From Mytilus trossulus (taxonomy: Eukaryota): a stretch of 64,000 nucleotides of DNA. Location of the stretch: NCBI RefSeq assembly GCF_036588685.1, contig NC_086379.1, positions 68,758,001 through 68,822,000 on the forward strand, in the 5' to 3' direction. The notes below the pieces were generated by a model, which ran no database searches, had not been told where the DNA came from, and saw nothing but the letters and a program-made list of their open reading frames with translations. This document shows, one piece after another, positions 63,301 to 64,000 of this stretch. A program made the position numbers and the translations under genes. Within the stretch, counting starts at the first letter, position 1. Every line of letters starts with the position of its first letter.

Positions 63301-63863
63301 TTTGTCATATATACCGAAGCCAAGATTGTAGCTACAGAGAAAAAATAAACCCAAAGCTGGTCATATAGCTATGAGGGTGGTTATGCCTTGTTTATCACTG
63401 GCTTTCAAAAGTTTAAGTTTGCACATGCTCAAAATAGTCTGACTAGGTAAACTCATTTATCTTTACCTTCAAAGACAAATAGTTCAGTAAGAACTTGAAT
63501 TTCTCCTAAAAAGATTTTTGCTGCTAATTCCAAAATTCTAGATTAATTTTCTAAGTCTGATTACTTCATAATTAACAAATAACCATTGGCTATGATATGT
63601 TTGATAATGAATTACTAATTATGATTGATTGTTGCTTAACATACAGTGGCAAATATTTCATTCATATTCAGGATGATAAATTACTATATTATAACAAGCT
63701 ACCTTATAGAAGACATCAGGAACATACTGTGTTTCACTAGATTCCTTGACATAACCAAGTTCTGAAGCATCTATCGTTGGTATAAAACAATCATCCCTTA
63801 CTAAAGCCATACACTGATCTGATACCTGGTATCCTTCAAAGTGGATCTGGTTTGTGTCATCAC
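60183..63863 (-). CDS. NPLOC4: Nuclear protein localization protein 4 homolog, 3' part; exons 63703-63863, 62623-62802, 61832-61948, 60939-61050, 60183-60340 (gene continues beyond the window)
   Basis: IHFEGYQVSDQCMALVRD...YVPDVFYK|VKDNYGNEVTQLARPLPVEYLLLDMPAAFP...FPVENR...FLEAMANFHLLLYL...EEWATVE, and a C-terminal NZF finger WTCAHCTFIN-x6-CDMC. Confidence 0.95.
60618..60775. mobile_element. CAG-ended MITE with 5-bp TSD (ATGTG), nested in another interspersed repeat
   Basis: CAGTGGCGGATGCAG ... CTGGATCCGCCACTG. Confidence 0.85.
60939..61050 (-). CDS. NPLOC4: NPLOC4 internal exon
   Basis: EKICILLDAVRNNDETLAHQFKKTEEWATVEEMMAAH; TTTCAG acceptor, GTGAGT donor. Confidence 0.9.
61832..61948 (-). 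CDS. NPLOC4: NPLOC4 internal exon
   Basis: DFNALTSYLQQFPPNRFLEAMANFHLLLYLSTSDLLPLK. Confidence 0.9.
62623..62802 (-). CDS. NPLOC4: NPLOC4 internal exon
   Basis: VKDNYGNEVTQLARPLPVEYLL...; AACAG acceptor, GTAAGT donor. Confidence 0.92.
62985..63266. repeat. Abundant interspersed repeat ending CATTGGCAATCATACCACATCTTCTT; related copies at ~10370-10565, 13915-14100, 15255-15340, 25905-26165, 42905-43250, 60470-60900
   Basis: Direct sequence similarity among at least 7 copies in both orientations. Confidence 0.8.
63703..63863 (-). CDS. NPLOC4: NPLOC4 internal exon
   Basis: DDTNQIHFEGYQVSDQCMALVRDDCFIPT...PDVFYK. Confidence 0.92.
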
Positions 63864-64000
63864 CTATTATATTCAATCGTTATAAGAAAGGTATCAAATT
63901 CCACAACATGGTTGTATGTGTTAGATCAGGGGCATTAAAAAGAGATATACAGTACTTATTTAAAAGAAAAAAAATCAGATAAAAGTGAATATGTTAAAAT

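Overview
AT-rich, intron-rich animal genomic DNA. The repeat landscape suggests a bivalve mollusc such as Mytilus (inference). Four spliced host genes can be built by hand from GT-AG exons: RNF181 (minus, 6 exons, 156 aa), BLOC1S2 (plus, 5 exons, about 123 aa, head-to-head with RNF181), histone variant macroH2A (minus, 369 aa in its shortest form) and the 3' five exons of NPLOC4 (minus). Introns and intergenic DNA hold many MITEs, Helentron-like non-autonomous elements with ~500-bp tandem arrays, nested DNA transposons, CR1-group LINEs (one with an intact ORF, one decayed with a 2A-like motif), a miniature LTR element with tRNA-like LTRs and two minimal hammerhead motifs. The macroH2A locus stands out in two ways. 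(1) The exon 3/intron 3 junction (33 nt exon + 9 nt intron) is tandemly amplified 52 times in frame, giving a ladder of phase-0 splice donors that could lengthen the lysine-rich linker in 14-aa steps or give a macrodomain-less H2A with an H1-like tail. (2) Two paralogous 175-nt macrodomain exons must be mutually exclusive and differ in the ADP-ribose phosphate-binding loop, at a different exon from the vertebrate macroH2A1.1/1.2 switch.
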